From assembly GCF_036365525.1 (NCBI RefSeq), contig NC_090404.1:12366550-12430549 (forward strand): a DNA stretch of 64,000 nucleotides. The letters are read 5' to 3'. The notes below the pieces were generated by a model. It was not told the origin of the DNA and ran no database searches. It worked only from the letters and a program-made list of their open reading frames with translations. The position numbers were made by a program, and so were the translations under genes. How positions within the stretch are numbered: position 1 is the stretch's first letter; every line of letters begins with the position of its first letter. Positions 63,286 through 64,000 of the stretch are shown here, in pieces. Origin of the DNA: Heterodontus francisci. Its lineage: Eukaryota.

Positions 63286-64000
63286 TAATACAGGCCCAGT
63301 TTGCCCAATCTCTCTTCATAGTCCTGCCATCCCGCAAGCAAGTCTGGTGAACCTTCGTTGCACTCCCTCTATGGCAATAATATCCTTCCTAAGATAAGGG
63401 GACCAAAACTGCACACAGTACTCCAGGTGCGGTCTAACGAAGGTTCTTTTTGATCGACGCAAGTCTTCATTACTCCTGTACTCAAATCCTCTTGTGACAA
63501 AGGCTAACATACTATTAGCGTTCCTAATTGCTTGCTGCACCTGCATGTTAGCTTTCAGTGACATATTGACAAGGACACCCAGATCCCTTTGCACATGTGC
63601 TCTTTCTAAAGGCTTACCATTTAAGAAATACTCAGCACATCTATTCCTCCTAGCAAAGTGAAGGGCTCACATTTTCCCATATTATATTCCATCAGCCATG
63701 GTCATACCACTCACTACGTCTGTCCAAATCACCTCAGAGCCGCTTTTCATCTTCCTCACCACACACATTCCCAACTAGTTTTGTGTCATCCGCGAACTTG
63801 GAAACACTATATTTGGTCCCCACATCCAAATCATTGATATATATTGTGAACAGCTGGGGCCCATGCACTGATCCCTGCTGTACCCCACTAGTCGCAGCCT
63901 GCCAACTTGAAAATGACCAGTTTATTCCTACTCTGTGCTTTCTGACTGTTAACCAATCCTTAATACATGGCCAGTATATTATCTCCTATCCCACGTGCTC
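63286..64000 (-). mobile_element. CR1 LINE (host element, upstream part)
   Basis: QRDLGVLV...VRPHLEYCVQFWSPYLRKD; VSKFADDTKL. Confidence 0.88.

Overview
Eukaryotic, cartilaginous-fish (shark) genomic DNA. The core of the window is one complete, germline-configuration (unrearranged, not germline-joined) IgM heavy-chain cluster on the + strand. Its order is leader (36021), VH, D1, D2, JH (to 37796), a 7.3-kb J-C intron, Cmu1-Cmu4 with secretory tailpiece (45133-50696), then TM1/TM2 (53287-53565). All six RSSs (V23 / 12-D1-22 / 12-D2-12 / 23-J), all splice sites and all reading frames are intact. From recall of the family, the C-region protein closely resembles horn shark (Heterodontus) IgM; no search was run. 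The flanks are saturated with repeats: two CR1-superfamily LINE families, tRNA-derived SINEs (V-SINE/HE1-like, Deu-SINE-like and a third family), an internally deleted PIF/Harbinger transposon, 27-bp and 67-bp satellites, and a dispersed composite repeat. There is a 177-N assembly gap. The multicluster shark IgH system is already known. The less-explained candidates are decayed Ig-constant-like remnants next to a lymphoid-type motif cluster (11.1-12.7 kb), a convergent spliced transcription unit 3' of TM2, a tandem duplication behind JH, and the satellite-linked composite repeat.
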